A stretch of DNA of 64,000 nt, taken from assembly GCF_018977255.1 (NCBI RefSeq), contig NW_024704742.1, positions 78,990,001-79,054,000 of the forward strand, given 5' to 3'. Shown here one piece after another: positions 49,622-62,431 of the stretch (positions are counted from its first letter, which is position 1; every line of letters starts with the position of its first letter). A model generated the notes under the pieces. It saw only the letters and a list, made by a program, of their open reading frames with translations. It was not told the DNA's origin and did not search any database. Origin of the DNA: Callorhinchus milii (lineage: Eukaryota). A program made the position numbers and the translations under genes.

Positions 49622-50590
49622 AAATACAATACAATACAAAATTACATTTGTACAGCACCTTTCACAGTCAGGGAATGTCAGTGCCAATTTAAAGGGAGTG
49701 TCGGATGGAGTTCCAGATGGTGGTGGAAGATGATGATGGCCTGACCACCGATAGTGTGGCGAGCCGGGCGGGGGACATGGAGTAGGCTGGAGCCTACCAA
49801 GTGGAGGGAGCGGGCAGGTTGATATCAGGTTAGCAGGTAACAGAGGTAGGAAGAAGCAAGGCCATGGAGGGCCTTGAAGTTGGACAAGAATTTTTAATTC
49901 TATCCTTTAGGGGATGGGGAGCGAGTGGAGCCAGGTGAAGGTGGGGGTGTTATGGTGGGGGGGTCACAGAACCTGGTGCAGAAAAGGACATTTGCTGCAG
50001 AGTTCTGGACGATATGCAGCTCGTGGAGGAAGTTGGCGTAGTCGAGCCTCGATGCGATGAATATTGAAGGTTTCAGCAGCCTGAGGCAGTGGTGCAGCCG
50101 GCAATGTTGCAGAGGTGGAGGAAGGTAGCGCGTGTCATGGCATGGACAAGAGTAATAATCCTTGCATTTGTTATAGTGCTTTACAAGTCTTCTAAACGTC
50201 TCAAAGTACTTCACAGAAGATACTGTAAAGTGATATTTGTGGGCGAAATGTGGCAGCCAATTGCGCACAGCAGTGTTCCACAGGCAGCCATGGATTGAAT
50301 GACCAAATTATTATTGTTTTTTTTAGGGATTATTATCCCCGGAAAAGCGATCCACCAATCGACTGACAACCGGGTTCCTATTTTCTGCTCGGTAAACAGA
50401 GGTGTGTGGAGTAAGGAAACTAGCCCAACATTTCGCCCTACTGGGAATAGAACCCAGGTCTCTCACTTGCGAGACGAGTGCTCTAATCATCCAGTGACAG
50501 GACTCCACGATGTGGAAGGGAAGGATGTAAGGTGGAGCAGGGAGGTGGTTCATGTGGGACTTATTGAACTTTACTCACTGAAGTTGGGTC
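49622..50590 (-). mobile_element. L2 3' portion with nested long-form SINE (50150-50508)
   Basis: Minus strand IASRLDYAN, IVQNSAANVL; SINE head, central block and tail. Confidence 0.85.
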
Positions 50591-51164
50591 AGACCATGTC
50601 TCGCAGTGCAGAATGATTGTGTGGGAATAAAATTCTCGTTGGCTCTCAGGAATGCACAGTTAATTAATCACCTCCATAACTGAAGACAATCCCAAGAGAA
50701 AGCAGCATCTCCAGCATTGATTTACTATTCCCCAGCAGTATGCATCTGAAAATAGGGTCTGACAATAATAAAAATTGATTAAAGATCAGGCGCCTTTCAT
50801 GAATATATTATAATGAACATTTTAATATTCATTATGTGGAGAATACGTAGAGTAAATTAATCACAACTGTGTGACAGTTCTCCTATCGGTTTTTCACTGT
50901 TGGTAAAATAAGATGCTATATCGAATCCAAGGATTATTATTATTATAAAATAACAGTAATAACAATCCTTACTTACTATAGCTAAAGAAGGTAAGAGGGG
51001 AGGTGGCAAAGATGATCAAAAGGGTGGTCAAAGAGGAAAGGTTTTAATATTGTACTTGAGTTATTTCATCCATGTTTTGTATTGGACTACAATAAATGCT
51101 ACTCTATGTACTCTGTTATGAGAGTTTCTGATATGAGAGTCCTCAGAGATGTTATCCACAAAAC

Positions 51165-51470
51165 CACAAGATCACAAGATTGGTTTGAATGAAGAAGGCC
51201 TTTTGTCTCATCCAATCTCACCTCTTCAGAACAACCCACCCAACCTTCATCTCAACCCAGCATCAAGATGCTTTATGAGTCCAATGTACTGATCTCAACT
51301 ACCTTTCATGGCAACGTATTCCAGTCATCTGAGTAAAGAAACCTTCCTGATATCTGTCCTGATATTGCCCTTCACAACTTTAAACCCGTCAGTCTTGTTC
51401 TACTGCCTGGTGTACCTTAAAGCATTACTATGGGTTTACTTTTTCAATCCCATTTAAAATGTTACATAGC
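51165..51470 (-). mobile_element. CR1-like 3' end, decayed
   Basis: CACAAGATCACAAGA tail, GAAGGCCTTTTGTCTCATC, RKVSL/TR-like remnants. Confidence 0.5.
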
Positions 51471-53085
51471 TCCTACATGAAGGGAGCTATAAAAATGCAA
51501 GTTGTAGAAATGTGAATTTGTGAGCTATTCATCAATTTCTCTATAACACCATTTAAAAAAAAAGAGATTGGTGATGTAAATTGTGTGCACACTATCTCAG
51601 ATGATAAAGTACATAAAAGCAATCTTAACACTTTTATAGCATTGACATGGTATAGCTCACTAAATATCAGGTTGGGCAACAGCTAATGTATGTTCAGTAC
51701 ATTTTCCTAAAGTCAGTACAAAATTGGAAAGGATTGCCAATGAATTCTCAGTATGATGGCAGCTTGGGTTAGGAGCTATATTCTTTATAGTAGAAGAGGT
51801 TATAGAGTGATTTAATTGAGGTATTTAAAATAATGATGCATCATTTTTGTGTTCTGATAAGCATTCCAGATAAGTAGCTCTGCTTGTTACCATATGTTTC
51901 TTTTCTCCTGAGTGTTCTTCAGGCATAGTTTTGATGTATCTGATCAGTCGATGGGTTGTGTCACATTGATTTCTCTCAACCTTAATGAAATCACTCCTGC
52001 TTGTACTAGGATCCTCTCACAGTTTCACTAAGTAGGACCTTGGTGCTGGTTGACATTTCATTACAGCTGATTTCCACCCTTACAGAATCACATTTCTTCA
52101 TTCAGCGATGTGATTATTTTTAGAAAATAGCTTTATTTTTCTGTCACTGTTGACTGACTGATATTTTGCTCTTGACATTGGAACAAATAACTCAGATTTC
52201 AGTATTTTGACAGTTTCAGGTAGCAGTGTTTGTTGCATTTGCCATTAGTAACTGAACTGTGAACATAGATTACCAATGGATGTGCTGTGATAGACGAGTA
52301 GAGTAAGGTTTGCGTCTCTTTCAACAGCTGTGAATTTTAACTGTTGCTACCTTTGTAAGATATATATTCTTTTTTGGTCCCGTACACCAGTCTGATCTCA
52401 TCAATCCCAGTTTCCCAAACAATGCAGATTCCTTGGGACTGATCTCGTCAACCCCAATCTCCCTGGTTTCTTTTCTGTGCTGAGCTGGTCTTGTGTTATT
52501 CTGCAGATATTTTAATAACATTAGATTGAACAAGCTAGCAGCAATTAAGGGGTTGAAAGAGAGTGTTGAACAAAGCAGAGGTATCGTGAAAAAACAATCA
52601 AAGTAAAAAGCACCAAATCAATTAGTCAGAGAAGCCTTCTGGTTAGAATCTAGTTACAAATAGACAAGGAGGAATTGATGATGACAAAATGTCTGGCATT
52701 TGAACTTTGTGTATTGGGTCTTGCCTTAACCATATATGTGTAAAACAGATTTAGAATTGAGGTATAAAACCTGTGTAGTTAGTACAAGAGAGTTGAAGCG
52801 AGGCAAGTAAAGAAATAAACAGGGTCAACTTGCTTCCCAGAGGAACTGGGTAATACTGTATTCTCTGTAAAACTACCGCTTAAATCTTTGTGTAGGTTAA
52901 CTTTGTACTTGTTGGCAGAATAAAATTGCTTGTCATTGCACACTATTTTAGTAGTCTCCTCTGAATCTCGCTGAGTTACACCTTTACATATGCTCTGTGC
53001 AGTGTTGGGAGTGTGCTGCAATATTGGAGGTGTGATTCTTCAGATGAGACATTATACTGAGCCACTGTCTGCCTATTTAGGTAGA

Positions 53086-53468
53086 TATAATAATAATAAT
53101 CCTTGCATTTGATATAATAATAATAATAATAATAATCCTTGCATTTGATATAATAATAATAATAATCCTTGCATTTGATATAGCGCTTTTCACGTCGGGA
53201 GGACGTCCCAAAGCGCTTCACAGAACACACTGTAAAGTGAATTGACTGTATATTTTTTGTGGGCGAACATAGCAGCCAATTGCGCACAGCAATGTCCCAC
53301 AAACAGTCGTAGATTGAAAATGACCAACTTATTATTGTTTTTGGTTTTGGAGGGAATATTATTAGGCGTGTGGAGTAAGGAAATTTGCCCAAGGTTTCGC
53401 CCTGCCTGGGATTGAACTCAGGTCTCTCACTTGCAAAGCGAGTGCTCTAACCACTGAGCTACAGGACA
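53086..53468 (-). mobile_element. tRNA SINE, short form with triplicated terminal unit
   Basis: (AAT)nCCTTGCATTTGATAT x3 at 53088-53181. Confidence 0.9.
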
Positions 53469-53529
53469 TTGCTGTACACAAATTGGCTGCAACATTCGGT
53501 CACAAAATCACATAGTTACTGCATATCCC

Positions 53530-53965
53530 TGAACTGCTTTTCTCTACCTCCTCCACATTTCCTGCCTCCATCCGTACCTCACAACCGAAGCAGCTGAAAA
53601 TCTTATCCACGCCTTTGTAACTTCTCGCTGGTCTCCCCAGCTCCACCAACTCCGCCACATGGATACTCACCCACATGAAACTCCATTCGTCCATCACACC
53701 AGTCCTTGCCAGGCTCCACTGGCTCCCAATCACCAAACGGATCAGTTTCAAGATCCTCTCACTCGTTTTCAAATCCCTTAATTATCTATCCAACCTGCTT
53801 AACCCCCACTCCACCACCCACTGCCTCTGCTCAGCTGGGACTGGCCTCTTGTTTGTCCCTTGTGATGTCCCCCCTCCCTTTCCCCCTACTTCGCCTCTGT
53901 GAAGTTTTCCGGGATACTACTTCGCATGAAGGGCTCTGTATAAATTCAAGTCATTGTGGTTCTTC
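53530..53965 (+). mobile_element. L2 3' fragment
   Basis: ITPVLARLHWLPITKRISFKIL. Confidence 0.8.
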
Positions 53966-54596
53966 CTAATGTGAAAGCCACTATATCAAATATAAGGATT
54001 ACTACTAGTATTTGACAATGGGAATGTTGAGTGTTTCCTCAACAAACCTTAACTTGCTTGCTCTCGAGATGACGTCCATTGTCAAGTGTGGGTTAATCAC
54101 ATCTAATACCATGTCTACCATGCTTCAGAGTGCTTTAAAGAAATGGTGTTGGAAGCTAAGTAAGGGACGAGGTGGAGGGGGAAGGTGTAGTCAAATGTAA
54201 GTTCTTAAATTGTAGATTAAAGACAGATGGGGAGGTTGTGAGATGGAGGAGTAGGAGGAGGGAATTCCACAGGTTGGTGGTAAAGTTGGGGTGAGGTGGG
54301 GTGGGGCTGGAGAACACACAGCAGGTGAGGGTTCCCAAGCAGAGGGAATGAGCAGAAGAGTAGGCGTAGGAGAAGATCACAATGATAGAGTTGTGTGTAC
54401 ACACAGCGTACAGACTACCAATTAACAGTGCTGGATCCTTTATCAGAATACTTGGAGGCAGGAATGATAAAAGGTCAGATAGCAACCTGGCAGAGGTGTT
54501 AGAGGATTCCAAACCAAACATGAGGTTTGTGCTCAGCATTCAGAACATGAGAAAGTCTGGCAGGAACCCTCACAACAATGGAGAATTTGATCATAT

Positions 54597-55000
54597 CAAC
54601 AACAATAAAATTATATTTGTATAGCGCCTTTCACGTTGGAAGGACATTCCAACACTCTGGACAATCAGTGTTTCGGACCCAAGCTGGGGGTCAGGATTGG
54701 GGAGGGTGGTGGGCAGTGGGGGGAAGGAGGTTAATCGAATGTACAGTCAAAGAGGGAGGTCTTGAGACGGTTCTTGAAGGGGGCAAGGGAGGGAGCGAGG
54801 TGGAGGGACTGCAGGATGGAGTTCCAGAGGGTGGGCGCAGAGTGGTAGAAGGCCTGCCCGCCACTGGTGGGGTGGGCGAAGCGGAGGATGTGGAGCAAGC
54901 CGGAGTCCGCTGAGCGGAGAGAGTGGGAAGGTTGATAGGGGGTTAGGAGACGTAGAATTAGGGAGGAGCAAGGCCACGGAGATTTTGAAAGTGAGGACCT
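54597..55000 (-). mobile_element. L2 3' fragment
   Basis: Reverse complement similar to 1-392. Confidence 0.85.
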
Positions 55001-55029
55001 GTGTTTACATCTCCAATCCCACTCCTATC

Positions 55030-55430
55030 CAAATACGTATCCAACACCTTTCAGAAACAGTTGATCAATACAGCATCAATGGCTTTTGTTCCACTTCTCT
55101 ATGGGGAAGCAAGGAGATTTTTCTAATTCCTAATCTTGCTCGAGACTTATTAATTTTAACCCTATGATAGTTCTGTGCTCGCAGTCTGAATTAAGTAACT
55201 GAATTACACCAGCATCATCTCTGTCTAACATTTTAAACACATTAGTTGTCTCTCCTAAGCTCCTCAATCTTCTTATTTCCAATGAGAAAAGAACAAGTTC
55301 TCCACATCTATCCACATAAGCTAGAAATACAGCTCCCAGAATTAATTGGTGACTCTCTCTGATTGACCCCAAAGATCATTTATTTTTGACGGAGGACATC
55401 AAAAAAGTACATATTCTACGTGTCCCGACA
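55030..55430 (-). mobile_element. CR1-like fragment, decayed
   Basis: Minus strand LVLFSLEIRRLR..NVFKML. Confidence 0.55.
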
Positions 55431-55454
55431 ATGCTGCTCTCTTTATTGGGCTTG

Positions 55455-55660
55455 ACATATGTGTGGACACTGAGTTTTTCCAAACGAGACTGAGATCCAT
55501 GTATTACACATGGAAATCTGTGTGTCTGGAATGGAATGCACACTCTCTCCCTGGAGTGTATTAGGCGCAGCTTGGCAAGAGGGGGGCCCCAGAATGTTGG
55601 TTGGAAGTACCTGCTGGAGTTTACTGCATAATTTGTTATTCAGAGCACTGTCTGCTCATG
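55455..55660 (-). repeat. Family X terminal fragment
   Basis: CTGGAATGGAATGCACACTCTCTCCC..TTGGCAAGAG..CCCAGAAT..CTGCTGGAG. Confidence 0.65.
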
Positions 55661-56419
55661 AAATGCATATCAGTATTTGAACAGCTTTTTAGCAGCAGCT
55701 TCGTAATGTCTGATAATATTATTAATGTTTGTTTTATTCTTATGCACAGAATTCCTATTTTGATGATGTTAATGTCAAAGTTTGTGACTGAGGTATTCAG
55801 CACCTTATCCCAGAAAGCAAAAGCCAGACAACTTGGATTGTTGGCAATACAGAGAGACAACATTAAAATATACACTTTACTGGAAGCAATTTAGCCTTGT
55901 AGCCCCGAGGTGTAATAAAACCTACCATATAGCATTCTGCAACATAAACAATTTGCATGCAGCAATCATGTCCACATTAAGCACTGCTAATAATTCATGG
56001 ACTAGATTTAAAGTTTTTTTTTCCTTTCGTACATTCTGTTCACTCATTATGAGCAATCATAGAGAACGATCCTCTTTTTTCTTTGGGCAGAGCAGCGAGG
56101 CACTGCATGTGTAACTATTAGTTAGCCACTGCTCCTTCAATGTAGCAGTTTAGAAAACACTTACTACTTTCCCATGAATGGTACCATATAATCAATGTTA
56201 ATCAGGTTTGTCTGGAGGAAGGAGATCTTTCTTATTTTCAGAACAAACCAATTTTTTGGAGCAGTGGTGGAAACCTTTACTTCACAGTATTTATTTGCCA
56301 TTTCTCTCCCTTCTTTTGCTTGAGCATATTGTGGTATATCCAGGAATATGGTCCATGTCTTTCAATATCTGCATCCAAGTCACGCTGGATTGTGAGTGTA
56401 AAAATGGAGAGCATAAACC

Positions 56420-56908
56420 AATGTTATCTGGGGAATGTTGGCCAGGACACCAGGAAAACTCCCTTCCTCACTCCCTTCGCCTCGTCCCCTCTCTTCCTAT
56501 TTTCAGGTCTCGGCTAAAGACCTTTCTTTTCGACCGCGCCTTTGGTCACCTTCTTCCCCCTCCCCATGGCTCGGCCCCGGGATCCGTTACTGTGAAGCGC
56601 TCTGAGATGCCGTCCGGCGTGGAAGGCGCTATATAAATCCAAGTTGTTGTAATAGTTGTTGTTGAAAAACTCTTGTTTATTTTCAAGTAGTGCCAATGAA
56701 TCTTTAACGTCCTCTTGAACTTGTAAACAGGGCCTTGGTTTAACATCTTATATGAAGGATGACACCTCTGACAAATCAGAGTTTGCCCAGCATGCCACTA
56801 GAATGATTGTCAGCCTAGACTGTAAATTCAAAGTCCCGACGTGGGGCTTGAACCCACAACATTCTGATTCAAAAGTGAGAGTCCTACCAACTGAGCAAGG
56901 CTGACACC
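56420..56908 (-). mobile_element. DeuSINE with a young plus-strand L2 UTR (56462-56665) inserted, TSD AAAACTC
   Basis: CAGGAAAACTC|L2..GTTG|AAAAACTC; SINE head GTGTCAGCCTTGCTCAGTTGGTAG on the minus strand. Confidence 0.82.
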
Positions 56909-57439
56909 TGTTTAAAAGATATTCTTAGCTAGAAACATTAACAGTCTATGATATGTGTTTTTTTCAAAACACTGTTACTATTTACTCATGATTCTATGCT
57001 ATCAATGAGCATTCTGCCAACAGTTGGCATTATTCTGCCAAGTACAGAATCACCTTCTTCATCTTAGGGAAGCATCTTAGTTAAAAAAGTCTATTTGTAA
57101 CCAATACCATTCAATACTTTTACTACTGAAAATCTTCACTCTTTCATGGAATGTAGCACTGGGATTGTGCTGTTGTTACATTGATTTGTTGTTCTTTATC
57201 AAGTGCAGTAAAACCTTTTTTTATCTGAGCCATATACCTGAAGCAGATTTGATAATATTTGTAAAAGAATTGTAAAAGTATTGCTTCCTGTTTTTTGCCC
57301 AACAACCATATGCTTTCTTTCACAGACATATTATAATGCTATAATGGGAAAAGCATTAAAGGATGACTGCTCCGGCTGTAAAATATATTTCAATGGTCTG
57401 GCTGTGCTCAATTCTCTTCAAGGACAGCAAGGTCCCAAT

Positions 57440-58603
57440 GCAGGTCAAGCTTGTGGAATATAAGATCTGTATTCAAATAGTGTTGTTTTATGTATCTCAG
57501 CTCCTGGGGATGCTGCAGAGAAGATTGCTCCAGTCCAGGATCAAGCAGCAAGGTGGGTTTGTGGCAAAGATGGAAAGTGGCTACAGAGAGGGCTCCAGCC
57601 TACATTAACCTGTTGCTAAGCACCCTGGAGGTGGAGGTGGTTTCACAGCCCCTGTTTTCACATGAGGATGTGGATTAAGAAGCTGGTGCTGAGTAAGCCT
57701 GGTATGCAGCATTAGACTTGGACCTTGATAACATTAAGGTGGTTGGCATGTCAAAAGCTATCCTGTAAAAGTCCGACCATCATTCTGAAGGCAGATGTCA
57801 ACCAGATAGCTGATGAGAACACTTTGAGGCTTGTGGTAACAGCTGATGGAAAGTGTTATCTGAACTTCGAGTTTGTGAACAGAAATCTGTACGTCCAGCA
57901 CTTGGAATCCACCTTGATTGGCAGAGTGCCAAACTGCAGCTGCTTAAACTCAGTACCTCCAACTGGTGGTGGAACCTTCGCTCAATGGGAAATGACTAGA
58001 GTCCAAGTATGGGCAGGAAGATGGTGGCAATGTTATGACCAGTTTCATGCTGAGCTGTGTTGCCCACCAGGAAGCTCCACCTAATGAGGGCTCAAACCTG
58101 TGTTCGTTGGATATCAAATGACCAACTAGTCTCGGTAGTCCAATTTGTGAGCTAGGTAGGTTTGCAGTACTCTGGAGCACTGCTGATCATATCCCAGCCA
58201 GCCTAGCTCATCGGCAAGGCTTGGAAGGCCAGACCAGTGACCAAGAGTCCCAGTGAGCTCCTCTTAACCTTGTAAGCCCTAATGGGTAGGGTGGTCCTAG
58301 ATGGACAAGCATTGGGAAAGCTTGCAGGCAGTGATTTAAATGGCAAGCTATGTGGTTAGACTCCAACAGTACCCAAACACACACTGTGGAATCCCCAAGG
58401 CTTGGTTCTTGTCAACCTGCACCTAATATTCTCCAGAATTAGGGAGGCAGGATGCATCCCTCCAAGGAGAGTGCATATTCCATTGCAATAAATATCTTGG
58501 GAATTCCCATCTATTGGTAGATGCATGAAACTCTCAGTGTGATTTGAATACTCTTAAGTACGATGATGAGTTTCTACATGTGTCAGACATCCAGCTGACC
58601 AAA
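57440..58603 (+). repeat. Family X repeat, longest copy (variant A)
   Basis: Matches 41048-41940; ends GTCAGACATCCAGCTGACCAAA; left boundary uncertain. Confidence 0.75.
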
Positions 58604-59902
58604 GAAACGCTTGGAATCTAATTGAACCTAAGAAGAGGGAATCTTATTCAATTTATATACATCTGAAAAATTACCTGGTTCCCTCAAGAAGCTATCGGTA
58701 GTCATCAGAAACCTACTTTGTGCATACAGCAAGCCGTTACATCTCTTAAGGGTTTGCGAGTCAATAATCTTTCACCTTCATCAAAATCCATTGAATTTGT
58801 GAAAAACAACTCATTTGCCAAACTTTCAGCTAATCTTTCAATGTATTATTTGACAGCTATTCAACAACTAGCCAAAAGTTCACAAATCAATCTATATTAG
58901 TGCTCAGCAAAAAAATAAATTTGCTGCTATAAAGGAATGCAAATCTTTCCTCTGTCTCTCAGGGATTCTATACCTCAGTCAAAATGATGGGGACTATTCA
59001 AAAAATTAGTTATAACAAAATGCTTATCAAAATCATCAGTCCCACAATACAATAATAGAATAAAGATTGAACCATTAATAATTGGGATTTTTTAATGGAA
59101 AGCCTCAATACTCTTTGAGTGCTGCTGATTTACCAATTCTCAAATTGTGCGGAAAGAGTACATTTCTTTTGTATAGATAATTCAAATTATCACATTGAGA
59201 TGCAGGAAGATTTAATAGTATTTAAAATCTCAATGGACTTTAACCAGACTTATTATTCTGCTTTTTTTGAAAAAAACTTTCTCTTTCTGAGGCAATCAAT
59301 ATTAATGCTATTCCAAGTCATGATAGGAAAATCAATCCATGAGTTATTTTTTTTCAAATGCTGCCTCCAAGGACCTATTCTGAAAGTTAAAAGCATTTTC
59401 AAGGACTCTCCTTCAGATGCAATTGAACGAAGAGATTAATGATGCCAATCAGAAGTGTGAAACCTTCAGGGAAAAATAATATAAAAGATAGCTTCATTTA
59501 AAAAGTTCATTGTGTATAATGGTACTGGTGCAGTTTCGCCAACAACTGTCACCACCAAAATTAAAATGTAGTTCAAAACAACATTGAGAGGTTTCTCTGA
59601 GATTGATAAAGACATGTAGACAATAACCCAAGAAACTCATTTCATAAGAGCTAGTTCCTTTCTCCCTTTTCCCAGATAATTATAATGGAGTTTGCTATTT
59701 GCTTACAGCAAGTCTGAACAGTTCATTGTTATAAGTGGTCTATACTCACTTCAAAATCATCTCAAGTACTTTTTTCACGATACATCTCAGAAGTGAAGAG
59801 ACCTTTCCTCTCAGGTTTTGATTGTCAATTCTTTTTGCAATTTTGCCAGATAAGTTAGGTGATATTTTTAGCTTCAGTGTGTGCACTCACCAGAAAACCC
59901 AT

Positions 59903-60215
59903 GTGTCAGCTAAGTTCACTTTTTAGCATTCTTGCCTCTGAATCAGAAAATTGTTGGAACAAATCCACAACAGGGCTTGAGCTCCGAGTCCAGACTGATG
60001 CTCCAATGCAACACTAAGGAAGTGATGCGTTGTCAAGTAATGTAAAGTGCCATTGGCCCACCAAACTAATTAACAAGGGAAGGGAATTTCTCCTCATGTC
60101 CTATCCAACAATCCTCCAGATAAATTGATTATTTATTCCATGTCCTGTTTGCCTATAAATACACAGTTGCTACACTTGATAGCAATTACCTGTGAAACAC
60201 TTATAGACATTTCAA
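59903..60215 (+). mobile_element. DeuSINE, decayed
   Basis: GTGTCAGC..GCCTCTGAATCAGAA head remnants. Confidence 0.6.
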
Positions 60216-60287
60216 ATTGCCGATTCTGTTTAAATCAATAAAATGATTATGAACGCCATGCTTTTCAATGTACATTGAGTTGTACTT

Positions 60288-60490
60288 ATAATCCCTCCAA
60301 AACCAAAAATAATAATAAATTGGTCATTTTCATCTATGACTGTTTGTGGGACATTGCTGTACGAAATTGGCTGCCGCGTTCGCCCACAAATATACAGTTA
60401 ATTCACTTTACAGTGTGTTCTGTGAAGTGCTTTGGACGTCTAGAAGACGTGAAAAGTGCTATATCGAATGCAAGGATTATTATTATTATT
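60288..60490 (+). mobile_element. tRNA SINE short form, 5'-truncated
   Basis: Matches 6790-6995. Confidence 0.88.
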
Positions 60491-61299
60491 GTACTTCTAC
60501 TGAAATTCTAATTCATGTTTGCTGAAGATTGAGAAAGAAGTTAAGAAAGCATAGGCTGAAAGATTTCAAATGAACTGATCTCTTCATTGAGGCTATCAAC
60601 AAAGATAAGAATATGCTCCAAGGAAAAGAAAACAATGTCATAGTCAGGGAAAAATATGGATTCATTTGCATTCCGTTAAATTGAAATTAATGTGATGAGC
60701 TAAAGCAAGTCAATTTGCCATGATGAAAAGGGATGTTCACCTCAAAGGATTGACCAAGGATTTTTTGGGTGTTAACCAGATGCCTAACAGATGTGGAAAC
60801 CCATAACCATACTTAGGACCATTCAGCAAAAAAATATTGCATTTATATAGCGCCCTTCATGTAGGGTGGCATCCTGGAGCTTTTGAAAAACCAGACTGCA
60901 TATGCATATCATCCCTTGTAAATGGAAACTTACTTTTGTCTCAAAAAGAAGATGGCATTTTTTTCAGCGAGATGGATGAAAGATTCTCCTCTTTCCCAAC
61001 ACACAATATTTAAGGACACAGTTGAGCATCCTTGAAGAGATTAGATGGAGATTTGTTGAGCTAAAAACAAATTGAACTGTCCATCAACAAGAAACTCACG
61101 AGCACAGTGTTTTCATAGGGATTAACCCATTCTGACAAAGCATCTAAACATGTCCTTTTGATTAATTTAAGCACCAGAATGCATCAAAAACGTCATTTGT
61201 TGCTCCTTCATCTTTAGTAAAAACATTTTTAAAATAAAGATTGCCAATTATTTGATACGTTACTGTACATCATCAACATGTTTCAAAGCACTTCACAGC

Positions 61300-61645
61300 A
61301 GTTTCTTCATGCCCTGCATCTCCTTACCTCTCCAGCATGCTTACACCCCAGTCCCACTACTCTACTCTTCACTCAGCTGGCTCTGGCCTCCTGTCCCATG
61401 TCCTTTGTTCCCTTCGTTCAACCAATAATTGTTGTCCATTCAGCCCCAATGCCCCTGAGTCCCTGGAACTGTCTATCTCAAACCCTCCGCCTTGTCTCCT
61501 CATTGTCCATCTTCAGATCACACCTAAAGACCTTCATCTTCTGAACACTGTGCTACAGTCACCACCACTCTCTCCCTGACTCTGCATTAAGCATGCCATG
61601 TTATGTGCTCCAAGATGTTATATAAATGCAAATTGTTGTTGTTGC
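61300..61645 (+). mobile_element. L2 3' fragment, decayed
   Basis: PWNCLSQTLRL..FRSHLKTF; (GTT)n tail. Confidence 0.75.
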
Positions 61646-62019
61646 TCTGAGGAATGGACTGCTTCTCGCAAAAGGTTCTTTAAAGAATTATCACCTCTTT
61701 ACAAGTCAATTGGTTTGGGCTGGCTAGGTATTACTGAATGAAGCCTGGTTGTGTAAAGTAATGTAAAGTGTTCATATTCATGCTGGGAACAGTGATGCAT
61801 ACATGTTTTATCAGAAAGTGATTTCCAGGTGATGTTTGCTCTTAAGCAGCATTTTTCCATTGAAGTTTGTCAGAAATGTTAGGGTAAAAGAATACACCTC
61901 ACAGAGCTAACCCAGCTGAAATCACCTTAAACCATTTTTCCTGTAGAATATTAATAATTCTGACATTTTTTATTTGTCTTGAATAAACCCATTTTATTTA
62001 AAATGAAGATTGCCAATAT

Positions 62020-62431
62020 GTTTCTGTATCACTTCATCAAATTGTTTCAAAGCACTTCATAGGAATTACTGTAAAGTGTGACTGTGTATTTGTAGGCAAA
62101 CACAGGAGCCAATTTGCACACAGCAATGTCCCACAAACAGCCATAAAACAAATTATGAATTATCAATTTTTCTCTGCAAGATTGTTGGACAGGATACTGG
62201 GAGAAGATCCTTTCTGTTTTCCAATAGTGGAGGCTTTAATAACCAACTGAATAACTGAGCTTGATTTAACGCCTCATCTGAAGGATGGCACCTCTTACAA
62301 TGCAACGCTCCCAAGCACTGTATTGAAGTGTCAGCCCGGACTTTGTGAGCTTAATGTCCTGTTATGGGGCTTGAACAGACAAACTTCTGACTCAGAGTCA
62401 AGAGTGCTACTACCTGAGCCAGGATAACACC
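62020..62431 (-). mobile_element. DeuSINE near full length
   Basis: TTTAACGCCTCATCTGAAGGATGGCACC..GGGGCTTGAAC..CTGACTCAGAG..CTGAGCCA. Confidence 0.78.

Noticed and set aside
52976..53392. ORF with a repeated IKCKDYYYY motif
   Set aside because: Translation of the triplicated SINE tail
57805..57855. CTGATGAG...GAAA as a hammerhead in family X
   Set aside because: No convincing stem II, and the core is not conserved in the copy at ~41790-41840
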